64,000 nucleotides of DNA from positions 122,638,001-122,702,000 of the forward strand of contig NC_087436.1 of assembly GCF_036321535.1 (NCBI RefSeq). Direction: 5' to 3'. The notes below the pieces were generated by a model. That model was not told where the DNA came from and ran no database searches. It saw only the letters and a program-made list of their open reading frames with translations. The translations under genes were made by a program, and so were the position numbers. This document shows positions 12,051-25,100 of this stretch, piece after piece. Positions within the stretch are counted from its first letter, which is position 1. Every line of letters begins with the position of its first letter. Source of the stretch: Camelus dromedarius (taxonomy: Eukaryota).

Positions 12051-13039
12051 ATCCAGGAGAAAGCCCACCTAAGCGGCCCCCGATGCCCCACCCCTTCCTC
12101 CCCTCTCCCGGATGCCTGCTGATTTTCTGGCCTGTGCCACAATCAGCTTTGCTTGAGGCCTGTACCCTGCCCACTCCCTCAGTCATTCCCATCTCTGTGA
12201 GACTAGAGAATCCTCTTCCATAATACCGATAAATAACCTGGATTTAATTGAATTAATATCGACAGCATGTAATTGCTCCTTGTTGCTCAAGCCTGCCTAG
12301 GAGGAGCAGTGAGGGCACGAGGTGGTGAGGTTATTGCTTTAAAAAAATGCCCTCAGCCCCGAGCAGCATTTTGGCATTATTATTATTGTAATAATGAGGG
12401 CAGCTGATTGGATCTCTCCTTCCACAATAGTGCACACAGCCCCTATGTAAACAGCCAAAGTCCTTTGTCCCTGTGGGCTGTTTGTGGGTAATTAAAATCA
12501 ATAGGCCCTTCCTCGAAGACCTCCTTAGCCTCCTCCAAGCTCAGGGCTTGGGGCTGCCAGGTGTCGGATGAGCAGACCAACTGCCCAGCAGAGCACCCTC
12601 GCCACCCACTGGTGGCCAGTCCTCCCATGCGCTGAAGTCAGTGTTGAGGGTGCAGCCATGAAACCGATGAGGAGGGGCCCCAGTGACAATCACCGGCGGT
12701 GCCCGCAAACAGGGGGCTTCCCTGGGCATGGGTCAGTGAGGAGGATGATCAGAACTGGCCCTCCTCACTGCAGTCTAGGGACCATGGCCCCCCAACTCTA
12801 CCTACAATGCTTATGGACCTGTACTCCCTGGAGCACCCAGCTCCCCTCCCAGAGCCCTGCCTGCCTGTCACCCCACATCCTTGTATCCATTTCAGGGACA
12901 GCGCTGGGAGGCTGTGTATGCAGTCTCTTGACAGCTGCTAAGCCAATGGACACCCAGTGGCCTCCACACACTGGGCCCTGGTCTGGGTGCTGGGTGTCCC
13001 AGAGGTGGACAGGCCATGTCCTCAGGGGCTTACACAGAG

Positions 13040-13450
13040 GGCGAATCCGGCTACTGTGCATGGAGCCCACAGGTGATTCCTGGTGCAGAGAAAGGGCTGA
13101 CACAGAGCTCAGGCGGTAGGAGGGGGCCACTGCACTCTGCTGAGTGGCCGTGGAGGCATGGCATCCAGGAAACACTCTAAAGACAGAGGTGGGGTGTGGC
13201 TATGCAGACAAAGGGGCGAGGGGAGCTGCTGGCAGAGGCAGGTGCGGACATGCTGCACATTCCAAAGAGGATGCTGGGAACACAGGGACCATCAGGAGTG
13301 TGCCAGCTGGAGGTGCAAATTTGGGGTCCTCAGATGTGGGATGAGGCCATCAGGAGTACAGACAAAGCAGAGGAGGCACCAGGACTGACCCTGGGCGCCC
13401 TCTCAGAGGTCATGGAGGTGGTGACAAGGGCATGGGGCCTGGCCAGCCCT
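13040..13450. mobile_element. LINE-2 fragment
   Basis: L2-like GAGGATGCTGGG...CTGGAGGTGCAAATTTGGGGTCCTCAG...AGGACTGACCCTGGG. Confidence 0.4.
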
Positions 13451-15002
13451 TTAAAGCCTTTCTCCCCACGGTGGGGGGGGGGGGGCGGGCAGGAGCAGCA
13501 GGGACCTGGGCTCCCTCTAGCACTGCTGAGACACTGGACGGCCACATCATGGGGAAGATGAGCTCACGGCATAGTCTCAACCCACCAGTGATGCAATCGG
13601 GCTGCCCCCGCCTGCCCTTGGGCCCTTGGCCACAGCAACCCTGAGAACACAGTGGCTGAGCCAGCCCTGCCCCTGCCTGGCACCCAGCATCAGGGTCCTC
13701 AGCAGGGGCGGGGCTAGCACACCAGAACTGTTCCTGCCCTGACCCAGCTGGGGCACCAGAGGCGTGGAGTCTGGGTTCCGAGTCTGGTGAGTCACACCCT
13801 CCATCCTACCAGCCCCCAAGGGGAGGTGTGGACTCCATGGGCGAGCTGGGATGAGGTGAGCAGAACAGGCAGTCTGCAGACCCAGTGCTGGGGGAGGGCA
13901 GCAGTACTAGCCGCCCAGGAGCCCCAGGTCTGACCACCCAACCAGCCCACCAACCAAAGACGAGTGGTGAGCCTGGGGACAGTGCGGCTCTGCCTGGGCA
14001 CCCAGCGCTGGGCTCCGCCCCACAGTGATCCATCCCAGCGGTCTGGGAGCCTGACTGCCCAACCAACTCGTCCACCCATGCACCTGAAGGCTTACAGTGC
14101 CCACAGACACTGCCTTGGGTACCAGCTGACCAGCTGACCAGCTTGCTGGGGACAAGGGGAGGATTCGATTCTGTACTAAAAAGGCTCTTCAATGGAAGAT
14201 CTTCTCTGAACCATCTTTCTTAATTAAAGGAAACTGAATTAAATTGCTTTCAGGGTGGAGGGCAGTGCTGACCAGCCAGAGGGCCACCTCTTCCTGCAGA
14301 GCCAGCCAGTGGCCCTCACAGGACAGTGATCCATGGGCCAATATCCTCGAGTCCCTGCCCCGGGTGGCAGCTGTCTCAGAACAGTCATTACTGTTTTTTA
14401 ATTAACTGTTTGCTGTCCCACCCCAGCAATGGGCCCCCAGAAGTGGGAGGGGTGTCCTCCCCCCGAAGCCCAGCCAGATTGACTGCAGGGCCCTGTCCCA
14501 CCCCAGTCCTGCAGCTCCTCCAGCCCACGCCGCTGGTGCTGGTGCTGAGAATCCCGCCACTCACCGCAGTTCTTCCGGATCTCACAGGGCCTGCTGGTCA
14601 CCCAAGTCCATGCCTGTGAGGCTGTGGCAGCAGAAAGGCGGCTCCAAGGTGGAAAGCTGAGGGCGAGGCTGCAGGAGGTTCAGGGCGGAGGGAAGCCAGG
14701 CTGTGAGCTGGGGGGCTGCTGACCTCAGCCCGACTGCCCACAGTATTACCTGCTTCCAGGTACATGGCCAGCAAGGGGGCTGCCCACCTGGGGGCCCTGG
14801 GGGAGGAGATGAGAGCAGTGCCCTTTCAGCCTGGGCAGACTGGGGAGGCCTCCTGGAAGAGGTGACGTGGAGCTAAGGCCAAGGTCCTAAGGCCAGAGGG
14901 TGGCCAGAGGTCCACATGGTTGAAGCACAAGCAGCATCCGACAGGGCGTGTGGAGGAATGGCGGAAGGGGCTGCGGCTACGGGTGGGGGTGGGGGCTGTC
15001 CC

Positions 15003-15140
15003 CTGCACACACACACGCACACGTGTGAGCACATGGCACACACACACATACACACGGACACATGCTCACATGCCCACACATGCACACTCATACAAGCACA
15101 TGTGAGCACACGGCACACGTGCACACACACATGCGCACAG
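15003..15140 (+). repeat. CA-rich low-complexity repeat
   Basis: Degenerate (CA)n/(CACATG)n. Confidence 0.85.
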
Positions 15141-18100
15141 CTCAAAGCAGCTGCCGCCAGTTCACGCTCAGCACGCCACCACCACGTGGTGCACAGGGGC
15201 CTCGCTCACGCCACCTGGATATGCTGCAGACACACGCCCCCTTGTTGACCCACATGCCAGGCCCTTCACATGACAGCAGGAGCCCCAGGCTCGCAGTGCG
15301 GGAATGGCAGGGAGGCTCTGAGTGCTGAGGACAGTGCTGGGGAGGACGATGGGTGTGACCGTGGGTGCTGAGGTCCTTCTCCGCACTGACCGCCCTGCGG
15401 AAGCTGTCTTCCAGACTGAATACACCTCACATTTGTCGGCCTCATCTTGGAGAAACACATTCCAGCAAATGCCACCACTGGCCCTTGACCAGAGGGGAGC
15501 GCCTGGTGGAGAGGTCTAGGCCCGGCTGCTTCCACCTGCCTGGACCACTCCGGGCATGCAGAGCAGCCCCAGGGCCACCTGGGACCAGGGCTGTGCCCTA
15601 AACTCCCCAGCACAAGGAGAGGGGGCAGGCAGAGCCCCTGTCCTGGCGGGCATCCTGCAGTTCTGCCCTTTTCCAGCCGGTCCCCGTGCCATCCTGGGCC
15701 CCCTGGTGAGGACCCCCTCCCCCGCCTCCTCAGGCCTGTCAGCTCCCAGCCACCCTTCCACTCGCTGGTTAGGCTCCTCCTCAGGACCCTTCCCTGAACC
15801 CCAACCCAGGGCTGAGACCACGGACCCCCTTCTTCCCCGAGTTGCACTGGCCTCCTGATGCCATTTCAGGGCAGGAGGGGTCTTGTACGTGGCCCCAGAG
15901 TGAGCTGGGCCCAGCTCTGTCCTCTGTATGTGTGCTGCTGGGGTTGGTGGGCACTGGGGCTTGAGGAGGCAGACTGGGTGTGATCTCCCTGGAGAGCAAA
16001 TCTCAAGTTCCTTAACCCACGTCCAGCATCAGGAACCCCCAGGTGGTCACAGCAGGGGTGGGGTGCAGCAGGTCCAGTCCGGCAGCCCCTTGCCCCCCAG
16101 CCTGGGGTAGGGTGAGGGGGACACGTAACCGAAGCCAATCGCCCTGCATGTACTCAGACAGGAACAGGAACCAGAGATGCGGATGAGGGCTGAGGACGCG
16201 GGCCTCTTCGGAGCTGAGAGCTGCAGCCAGGCAGAGTCTGGAGGGGGTGGGGAGGGGCGCCTGGGGAGAAGCTGACCCGTGCCATGAACAACCCGTGATT
16301 TTCCGAGTCAGGTCCCACTGACGAGCAATCAGAGCCCCCGCCAAGGTTCAGGAGCGCGGACGCGGCGCCCTCCTGCTCGGCACGGCAGCGAGATGGGGAG
16401 GCTGCCGCCTTCATGCTTTATTCCCTGACAGTATCCATCTTTCCAAATTGATTTTTGATATCCATAGTGACCTGGAAGGGAGACACGGCGATAACTCTCG
16501 GAAAGTGGAAAACAATATTATCGCCACAAATATGAATTACTGGCCGCCAGGTTAAATCTACTGTGCGATGAGTTATGTGACCCCGGCGCTCCTATAATTC
16601 TTGGGAATTTTATAGAGTCAAGAGAGACCCGTGGACGCTGACAAGCACTTAACAGCCAGAGCCAGTCCCCAACAACCCTCGGGGCCATTTGATTTAGCCA
16701 CCCCAGCACCACAGGCCACTCCACTCTGCCTGAGGAGCAGGAGGTGAGGGGCGGTCACTTCTGGAGTCACAGACTTCATTTGTCGAGTCGTGTTGTCATT
16801 CTCGGGGCTGGGGACACACATCTGCCGCCCCACCAGGAACAGCAGAGCAGCCTGCCCATCGGTGCTGTCATCAGGGGCCTGGGGCCCTAGCGGGCTGGGG
16901 TACAGACCAGCGCGGTGCTCGCTGAGTGGCTGCACACTCTCCAGAGGGAGGGAGGGGCCTCAGGGGTCAACTGGCCACACAGACAGCAAAAGGCCAGAAG
17001 CCGGGCCAACAGGAGTGTCCTATGTCCCCACCACCGACAGGCGAGGACCAGGGGCCTCACTGGGGGAAAACTCAGCAGGATGCTGGTGTTAACCCGTGGA
17101 GGGGGGCAGGTGGAACCAGTTTTCCCGGAGGTCAGGGCTGCCCCAAGGCAGGCAGCATCCAGGGGTCCAGGCGATGCCTTAAGCCCTGCCTGCAGCTTTG
17201 CCCCATTGGCAGGACTGAAGAGAGACAAATGAATGAACAGATAAATGAATGAGGGGTGGAGTGAACACAGGGCCCCACTGTGCAGAGGAGGGTGGGACCC
17301 GCCAGCCCACCTAGTCAGGAGGGGGAGCTTAGGGAGGCTGGGAGGAGGACAGTCGGTCTGGGCTGAGATGAACCCTTGGAGGGCACCCTGTTCGTCCCCA
17401 GGGGGACCTGGGGCCAGTCACTCTCCGCCTTGGGCACAGGGTGTGAGAAGCCAGGGGAGGGGGAGGCGGTGGGAGTGCATGGGGGAGGGGACGGCCTGGC
17501 TGGGAGGGGAGGGGCTGCTGGACGCAGGGCTGTGCTCAGGGGCTCCCAGAAGGATGCAAGGAAATGCTCAGCAGGGATTACGCTGCTAAAGTCACATGGG
17601 GTCACTTCCTCCCAGACCCCATCCTCGAGCAGGACTCTGAGTTGGTGTCCAGGCTAGGGGTTGAGGCAGAGGCCTGGTCTTGTCCAGCCAGGACTCCCTG
17701 GGCCCTTGGTGGCAGGGGGTCCCCAGCTCTGGGACAGATGACCCGTCAAGCCTGCCAACCTGCTGGCTGCGAGGATGATCAGAGAGGATACAGTGAGCAG
17801 GGGCCCCAGGCCAGGGCTATGGGGGTCCCCGCCTGGAGGGTGTCCTGGGGTCTGGCCATGAGGACAGCTTTGGCTGGTTCCAACAGGAACCTCTGGACGG
17901 ATTTCCCCCAGGGATGCACAGGACTGTCCCTGAGGGGAGGGGCCTCAGAGGTGGCTGCAACCAGACAGGACAGGCTTCAATTTGGGGTGCCAAGGTTTGC
18001 ACCCCAGAACCCTCAGTCCCCAGGATGCTGGAGGGGTCTCCCTCTGTCCTGGGCGCCACTAGGGTGGTGGAAAATCGGGCCCCCCCTTCCTGCTCCAGGC

Positions 18101-20049
18101 GGCGGGAGATGGCCTGGGGAGGTCGTGGTCAGGGGACCCAGCCTGGGCTCCTCCCCCTCCTCCCACAGCACTGGCCAGGCCAGAGGGACGGTGGGGACAG
18201 GGGCCCAAGCTGGGCCGGCTCACTGCCAGGCCGGGGACAGCAGGACAAGACACCTATGGGCTAACTGTCTCCCACCCACCAGGGAGACAACAACACAAAT
18301 GTCATTTAATTTACATGACAAAGTGGCACCATTATTGCAAGCTGACAGAACGCTGCTCGGGGCAATTTCCGAAAATTATTTAAACAATGTAATGAGTTAA
18401 ATGTCGGCACTGGCTAATTATGTTTATGCTAATTGCTAATTAGCCCACAATGGAGACAGTCTTAATTACCAATAGCTGAGAGTGTGGGAGGTGGGCTCGG
18501 GTGGGAGACGCGCAGCCCCACTCAAGGAAGCCCGTCTGCCGTCTGTCAGAGCCTCTGGCCGCAGCCAGGATGTCCCCTGGGCTCAGGGCCCGAGTCCTGC
18601 CTGCCCCCCCAGGACTCCAGCCTGCCCCGCCCCTTCCTGCCCTGCTCAGCCACGCTCCAGGGTCTGCACCCCGCAGGGTGGCCAGGGGCCCCGTGCTCTT
18701 CTTCTCCCCCACTCCTCCTGCTGATTTCTCCCCTCTCCCCCTCCGCCACCCCACAGGGAGCCCCCGCCTCCAGAGACAAATGGGACGAGGGGTCACTCCT
18801 GCCCAGCCAGCTTGTGGCCCGACGCTGTGGCTGATGGGGCCCCACAGGAGCCCTCCATGGAAGCAAGACCGGGAGAAGCCCAGCCCTGCCCCGGCCGTGG
18901 GGCGGGCAGAGCTCTGGCCCCACAACACACCCTCCGTCTCACGGGCCCTGGCAGCCAGCCCGGCTCCTTGAAGGGACGTCAGGACAGGTAGGGATGGGGG
19001 TGGGGAAGGTCCTCCCCCAGGCTTCCCCTTTCCTCCAGACCCCCTTCTGCTGGGCCACCTGGATGGCCACACAGTGTGTCACTCTCGGGGAGCCCCTGCT
19101 GTGGCTGGAACTGGACCCTGGGTCTGCTGGACTGGCAAGGCTGTCCTAAGAACAGGGTCAACTGTGCACCGGCAGCTGGACAGAATGCAGGCAAGGATGC
19201 CATGTGGAGGACAGCCCAGGGTCACCCTGAGGAGGGGCCAAGCCTGAGACTGGAGGCCATGCGGAGAGGAGAGGGCAGGAGGAAGGGGGCGGGGCCTCTG
19301 GGGATGGGCAGGGTTCACACAGCCAAGGGCTAGGTTGGCTGGAGCGCCCAGCAAGGAACATGAGGGAGACAGAGGGACACAAGGACAGAGAGAGGGGCGC
19401 AAGGACAGACAGAGGTACATGAGACACAAAGGCACGCAGGCTGTTCAGTTGCTTTGGAGACCAAAGCCCAGCACTGGCACCTACAACCCGTGCCCGCTCC
19501 TACGTCAGCCTGACACAGCGCCAGCTGCGGGCTAGGGGCTGGAGGACAGGGGGCCTTCAGTGCAGCTCCTGGAGCGTGAGGACCTGGGCACCCGGCAGCA
19601 TGTCTACACAGGATGGGCTGCAGGTGGCACTGATGGTCACCGGCCTCCTCTGTTGGACTGAACGGGGCCCTCAGTGGCAGTGGGATCAGGTGGGAACAAA
19701 ATGGTGGGTAAGCAGCATCTTCCCCTTGCTTCTTAGCAGCTGGGAGTCACACACACACACACGCATGCGGCACCCCACTCCCACCCCAAGCCCCGCTCAC
19801 ACCCTGCCTCGTTCCGAGCTTCACTCTGCGTCAGGGGTCTCCTGCCTCTTTGACCTGGGACCACCCAGCGAGAGGCTCTTCAAGGCTCCACAGATGACAG
19901 ACAAGCCCCAGGCTCCCAGGCCCGGCAGGGGCCCCTCGTTCAAAGATGAGTGGCAGCGACAGAAAGGGGGTGAGGGACAGAGGCTACCCTGAAATGCTGC
20001 CAGCCAGCTGAGGCAGGCTGCGAGGGAGGGAGAGGCAGGCAGGCAGGGA

Positions 20050-20800
20050 CAGAGGGAATAAGTAAAAGCAAAGAAAACTTACCAGGAAAGTGTTGCCAAA
20101 GAAGAGAGAAAAAATTTGACCAAACAGTTCTCTACAAAAAGAAAGGATTTACAGACACAAGGGCCTCATGAGATGAGTCAGGGGCTCAAAACAGAAACAC
20201 AAAAGCTCAAAAAAGAAAGAAGACGATGGAGGGAAACCGCGAACAAGCTGACAGATCTCAGGAAAAGAAGTGAGAGCGAAAAATTGTAGCTCCATGCGAG
20301 CCACCTGACCTGTTGATTCAAACAAGGGCTCTTTGGATGCTGAGGAAGCAGACAGGCCGCCACGGGGTCAAGGCCAGGGTCAGGGAGGGGCGGCCGGGAC
20401 TGGGTCTGGGAAGCTGGCACCCACAAGGCAGCACACGCCACCAGCACCTGCCTGACAGCACCGCCGGGGGGGGGGGGGGAGCCAGCCTGACACACGGCAC
20501 AATTTCAGGACATTTTTAAAAATTAAGAAAACGTTGCTGAAGAGGGAAGATTTGGAAGGACACAGTGTTCCCCAGGAAAAACAGATACAGATAATCAGCA
20601 CTGAAGCTTGGGAAATACAGTCCAGGACACCCAAGCCAGAAAAGAAAATGACCAAGTCATGGCTGCGGGGGAAAAAAACCAGCTAACGTCAGAGAAACCA
20701 TGAGGGGTTGTTGCAAATACCCTCAGGAAAGCAATGCAAGCAGAAGTGACCCCTTCTAAAGCATCAGGTGGACTCTTCCTGAAGGACCTGCTAAAACCCC
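20050..20800 (+). mobile_element. Possible highly degraded L1 ORF1/HAL1-like fragment
   Basis: Abrupt A-rich purine block in a GC-rich background with ORF1-like phrasing and no intact frame. Confidence 0.35.
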
Positions 20801-21394
20801 ACTCAATCAGCCAAGAGGGAAGCAGGGACAGTATGAGCGGTGACAGAAGAGAAGGCTGGGCAGCCACACAGCATCTCGGGGAGTGGAGGGGAGCTGGAGG
20901 AGTGGGGAGGCCTCAGAGCCCCCAGCCTGGGCACCCTCAGCCCCTCACCCAGACCCCGGCCACATTAGGATGGAAGGAGAAGACAGCTCCCACTTGTGAC
21001 CTTCTAGTCACAACCAGCCACCTCCTGGTAAGTGGGCCCCACTGGCACCTTACGGCTCAAAGTCTGACCACCCAGGCTCTCCGTGCCTCTCCTGGGAAGG
21101 GGTCGGAGGTAGAGGCTTCCACCTTCACTAGGGAGGCCCTCACCCCAGCTGGAGCACGAAGGCCCCACCTCTCAGGCCCATCTCCTCCTGTTTCCCCCAA
21201 CCCAGCGGCCCCACTCTCCGTGGTTGGGAGAGTGGGACAGACAGGCCCCGATGCCTGCTGATGACACAGGATGGGAGGGGTGGGGGACTCAGGACACATG
21301 CCCATGCTGGGCCAGAGGGACAAGGAAGCTGTGGCCTTTGGTCATGGCAAAGGTTCCAGGATCAGATGGATGTCAATGCAAACCGTAATTCCTC

Positions 21395-21510
21395 CACTTG
21401 AAAGCTGTGTGATCTTGAGCACTTTTCTTCATTTCCATGAGGAAGGTTGGGATATTTATTTGCAAAATGAGGATAATAAACACCTCTTTGGCTGGGTTGT
21501 TTTATGCTGA
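21395..21510 (+). mobile_element. MIR fragment
   Basis: GCTGTGTGATCTTGAGCA...ATTTGCAAAATGAGGATAATAA matches the MIR core. Confidence 0.7.
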
Positions 21511-21520
21511 AAATGCCATA

Positions 21521-22170
21521 AGTGATGGTGGTGATGATGGTGGTGGTGGTAATGGTGATGGTGGAAGTGGTGGTGGTGTTGATGATGGTGGAGATGTTGG
21601 TGGTGAAGATGGTGATGGTGGTGGTGGTGATGGTGTTGATGATGGTGGAGATGGTGGTGGTGAAGATGGTGGTGGTGGTGATGGTGGTGGTGATGGTGGA
21701 GGTGGTGGTCATGGTGGTGATGATGGTGGAGATGGTGGTGATGGTGTTGGTGATGGTGGAGGTGGTGGTCATGGTGGTGAAGATGGTGGTGGTGAAGATG
21801 GTGATGGTGGTGGTGATGGTGGAGGTGGTGGTCATGGTGGTGAAGATGGTGGAGTTGGTGGTGGTGAAGATGGTGATGGTGGTGGTGGTGATGGTGTTGA
21901 TGATGGTGGAGATGGTGGTGGTGAAGATGGTGATGGTGGTGATGGTGTTGGTGATGGTGGAGGTGGTGGTCAAGATGGTGATGGTGGTGGAGATGGTGGT
22001 GGTGATGGAGGTGGTGGTCATGGTGGTGATGATGGTGGAGATGGTGGTGGTGGTGTTGGTGATGGTGGAGGTGGTGGTCATGGTGGTGAAGATGGTGGTG
22101 GTGATGGTGGTGGTGATGGCAGTGATAGCAGTGGTGGTGATAGTGGTGATGATAATGGTGATGGTGGTGC
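21521..22170 (+). repeat. Compound (TGG/TGA)n simple repeat, ~650 bp
   Basis: GGTGAT/GGTGGT array with a recurring block GGTGGAGGTGGTGGTCATGGTGGTGA. Triplet phase is preserved throughout. Confidence 0.95.
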
Positions 22171-25100
22171 TGCCTTGGCATCACAGACAAAGAACAAGCC
22201 ATCCAGCTGCTGAGGCCATGAAGATGTGTGGCAGAGTCACACACAGCCACTTGGCACCCATGTCTCTGCCCAGCAGCATCCACTTTCAGCTCAGCTGCCC
22301 ACCAGGGACTTCTCTCCAAAGGAAGAGGCATGAAGCACCCTTCCTGTCCCTCTAGTACACAGAATGCAGGGTGATACATCCCACCCTCAGCCTCTCCAGG
22401 AGATGGGGCCTCAGGTGTGTCAGGGGTCATCAGATGGCTTGGCCGGAGGGCCTAGGAGGCGGGGGTGTGGCAGATGCACAGGGGTGAAGAGGGGCCTCTA
22501 ATCAAGACTGACCATCAAGTTCACTCTCTGCATGTCTCACACCCTTGGATCCTTCCCAAGCACCCGAGGACCTTGAGGTCACCTGGCTCCAAGGGCGGGG
22601 GATGGGCTCAGGCCAAAGGATAAGAAGTAAAGGGGTGCTCAGCGGGGAACCGACCAGCTCACACACTAATACCTGTGCTGGACATGAATAGGAACATGGT
22701 CGCCCTGGTGAGATGGTCCAAGCTCAGGGGGCCCCAGCACCACCCATCTGTGGGCATCCAAGAGCTGTTGGAGCCCCTGCTGGGAGGCCAGTGCCTGGAC
22801 TACTCAACGCGGGTGGAACGGGGCAAGGGTGAGCCGTCGATGGGCGACTCCAAGCTGTGGGCAACTTGTCAGCCCCGTTGCAGATGAGCCGATAACAGGC
22901 TGGGCAGGGACGTGGGAGGACCTGAGGCAGTGGGCTGCAGGCGTCTGGCACTCATGCAGGGAGGCTTGGTTTCAGCACCATCAGTGCTGGACAGCAACTG
23001 CATGCTCTCTATCAGCGTCTTGACCAGCTGCTGCGCAGTGAGTCCCTGTCCCAGCAGTGGGGGCCCTGATGGAGGACACGGTGGCAGCCTGGGGTGGAAC
23101 CCTGTCCTGAGCCCGAGGGTGCTGGTTACCCTGCACCTCTCTCCCCGCCAGTGTCTCTTTGGCTCCCTCATTTCCAGACCTAGCCCTGAGGGTTTCCTGT
23201 GTCTCCTCTGCCCTCTGAGGGCCGTGACCCCACCTGGACCAGTGCCCCTGTATTTCTGGCCCTCTCTCCTCTCCTCCAGGGGCAGTAGCCACCACTGGTC
23301 TTGGAGCCCCCAGCCGCCTCCTCCAGTCCCAGCACATAGCACCCAGCACCCAGGCCTCCAGGTGTGGTGGGGGAGCAGGGCTCACCATGAAGGGCACATG
23401 CACACAACCTGGTGTGTATACTTGCTGCCCCACAGATGGCCAAAGCGGGACCTCCACCTGCCAGGCAAGGTCACAGGTGCCTCCCTCTGAAGCAGTCTCC
23501 TTAGGCCACCGCTGATCCCGACTCCCTACCCTACCTGGTCACCGCCCAAAGCCTCAGCCAGGCTCACTCCAGCCTGCGGGCCCCCAGACCCTCAGTGGGG
23601 GCCTGGGCACTAGAGCAGTCCTCCGGAGGGCCCTGGGGCCTGAGGCCTCTGCCCCTGCCCACCCTCTCTCCCATCTGGCACCCTGTGGACCTCTGCCCAC
23701 TGCAGGCTCCTCCAGAGGCCTGGTGACTCTCCCAGGCCATGCAGGGCACCAGCCCCCATGCCAGCAGAGCCTTCTCCACATAGTCTTTCAAAATCCACCC
23801 TCCTGGTCACAAGCCTGCAGAGAACACAGCTCCCTGGGCCCTGGCTTGGGCTGGATAGGCTGACCCACAGCTGTGCCAGGCCCCAGGTCTCCCCAGCCCC
23901 AGTGCAGCCTTGGGGCCAGACCTGAGCCCCCTCCCCCAGCAGGAAGGAAGTGGGCCAGAGACAGGCCCAAAGATCTGAGAGCCGAGGCCCCACAGCTCGG
24001 GCAGCAAGAGGTGGTGGGCGGGCTGTATTTTTCCCTCAATGTGACAGCCGCTAAGAGTGGAGAAGGGAACTCACTGCCCATCTCCAGGCCTTATTTTCTT
24101 CCTGGCAATGGTAATAAAAATGCCATTTATAGGGGCTCCTGTCTCTGGGTCCCCAATTTTGAAAAGACACTATTTACAAGGAAGTAACTAATCCACTAAC
24201 TAGCTCTCGTTCCGGGAGGTGAATGCCCAGGCCGGCAGCCAGCTCCATCTCCCGCCACATTCTGGGCTCCCCGCCTGCATGAAAGCCTGGGGTTGGGCAG
24301 TGCCGATTCCCAGGACCTCAAAACACACAAGGATGGTGGCCTAAGGTCCCAACAGCCACCCCACTGGCCACGGAGCTCCTGGGTGCCTCAGCCACACGCC
24401 CTGAGCAGTGGCAGCCTGCAGAGGGCCTGGGGGATACCTGGCCCCACACGGTCACACTCTCGGGTTGGGCAGGACAGGAGTCCCACAGGGCTGTCCCCCT
24501 TGAACTGGAGACAGGGAGGTTGAGTCCCATCGTGTTACTGGTTCATCTGTACTGCACGGTTACTGGCCCCAGTGCAGGAGCACCTGCTCCCAGGACAGAT
24601 CTGACCCACACCACACGGCACCCCATTCCATCCAGTGTTGTGCCCCATGGGGTACTCAGGCAGGGCCCCAAGGACAGCCTCCTCAGGCAGTGTCAGGATG
24701 GAAGAGGGGAAAAGGTGGGTGGGAGGGGGCTGTGATGCCATCAGGGGAGGGCAGGGGCTGTCGGAGCACCCAGGAGTCTCTCTGGAGGTGCAGTTGGAGG
24801 GGACTCTGGACGGCAGGACACCCAGAAGAGGGCCTGTTCAGTGGGCAGTGTGGACCGGCCTGGAGCCCAGGGAAAAGGCCTGCCCTGGAGGGCACACAGG
24901 TGGGGACTAGTGACAGGAAAGGGGAGTGGGGTAGGGGGCGCTGGGGTGATGGGAGGAGCACCAAGCATGCAGCCAGCAGCATAAAGGAGGGCAGCAGGGA
25001 CCTCACCCGCGAGCTGGGCCCACCCTGACCCAGAGCCACATCGGCACGGATGCCTCCGAGCACCTGGACTCCCACCATCAAGCCGTCCCTGCAGCCCAGC

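Noticed and set aside
21362..22430. Gly-Asp-, Val-Met-, His- and Thr-rich ORFs
   Set aside because: Artefacts of the (TGG/TGA)n repeat.
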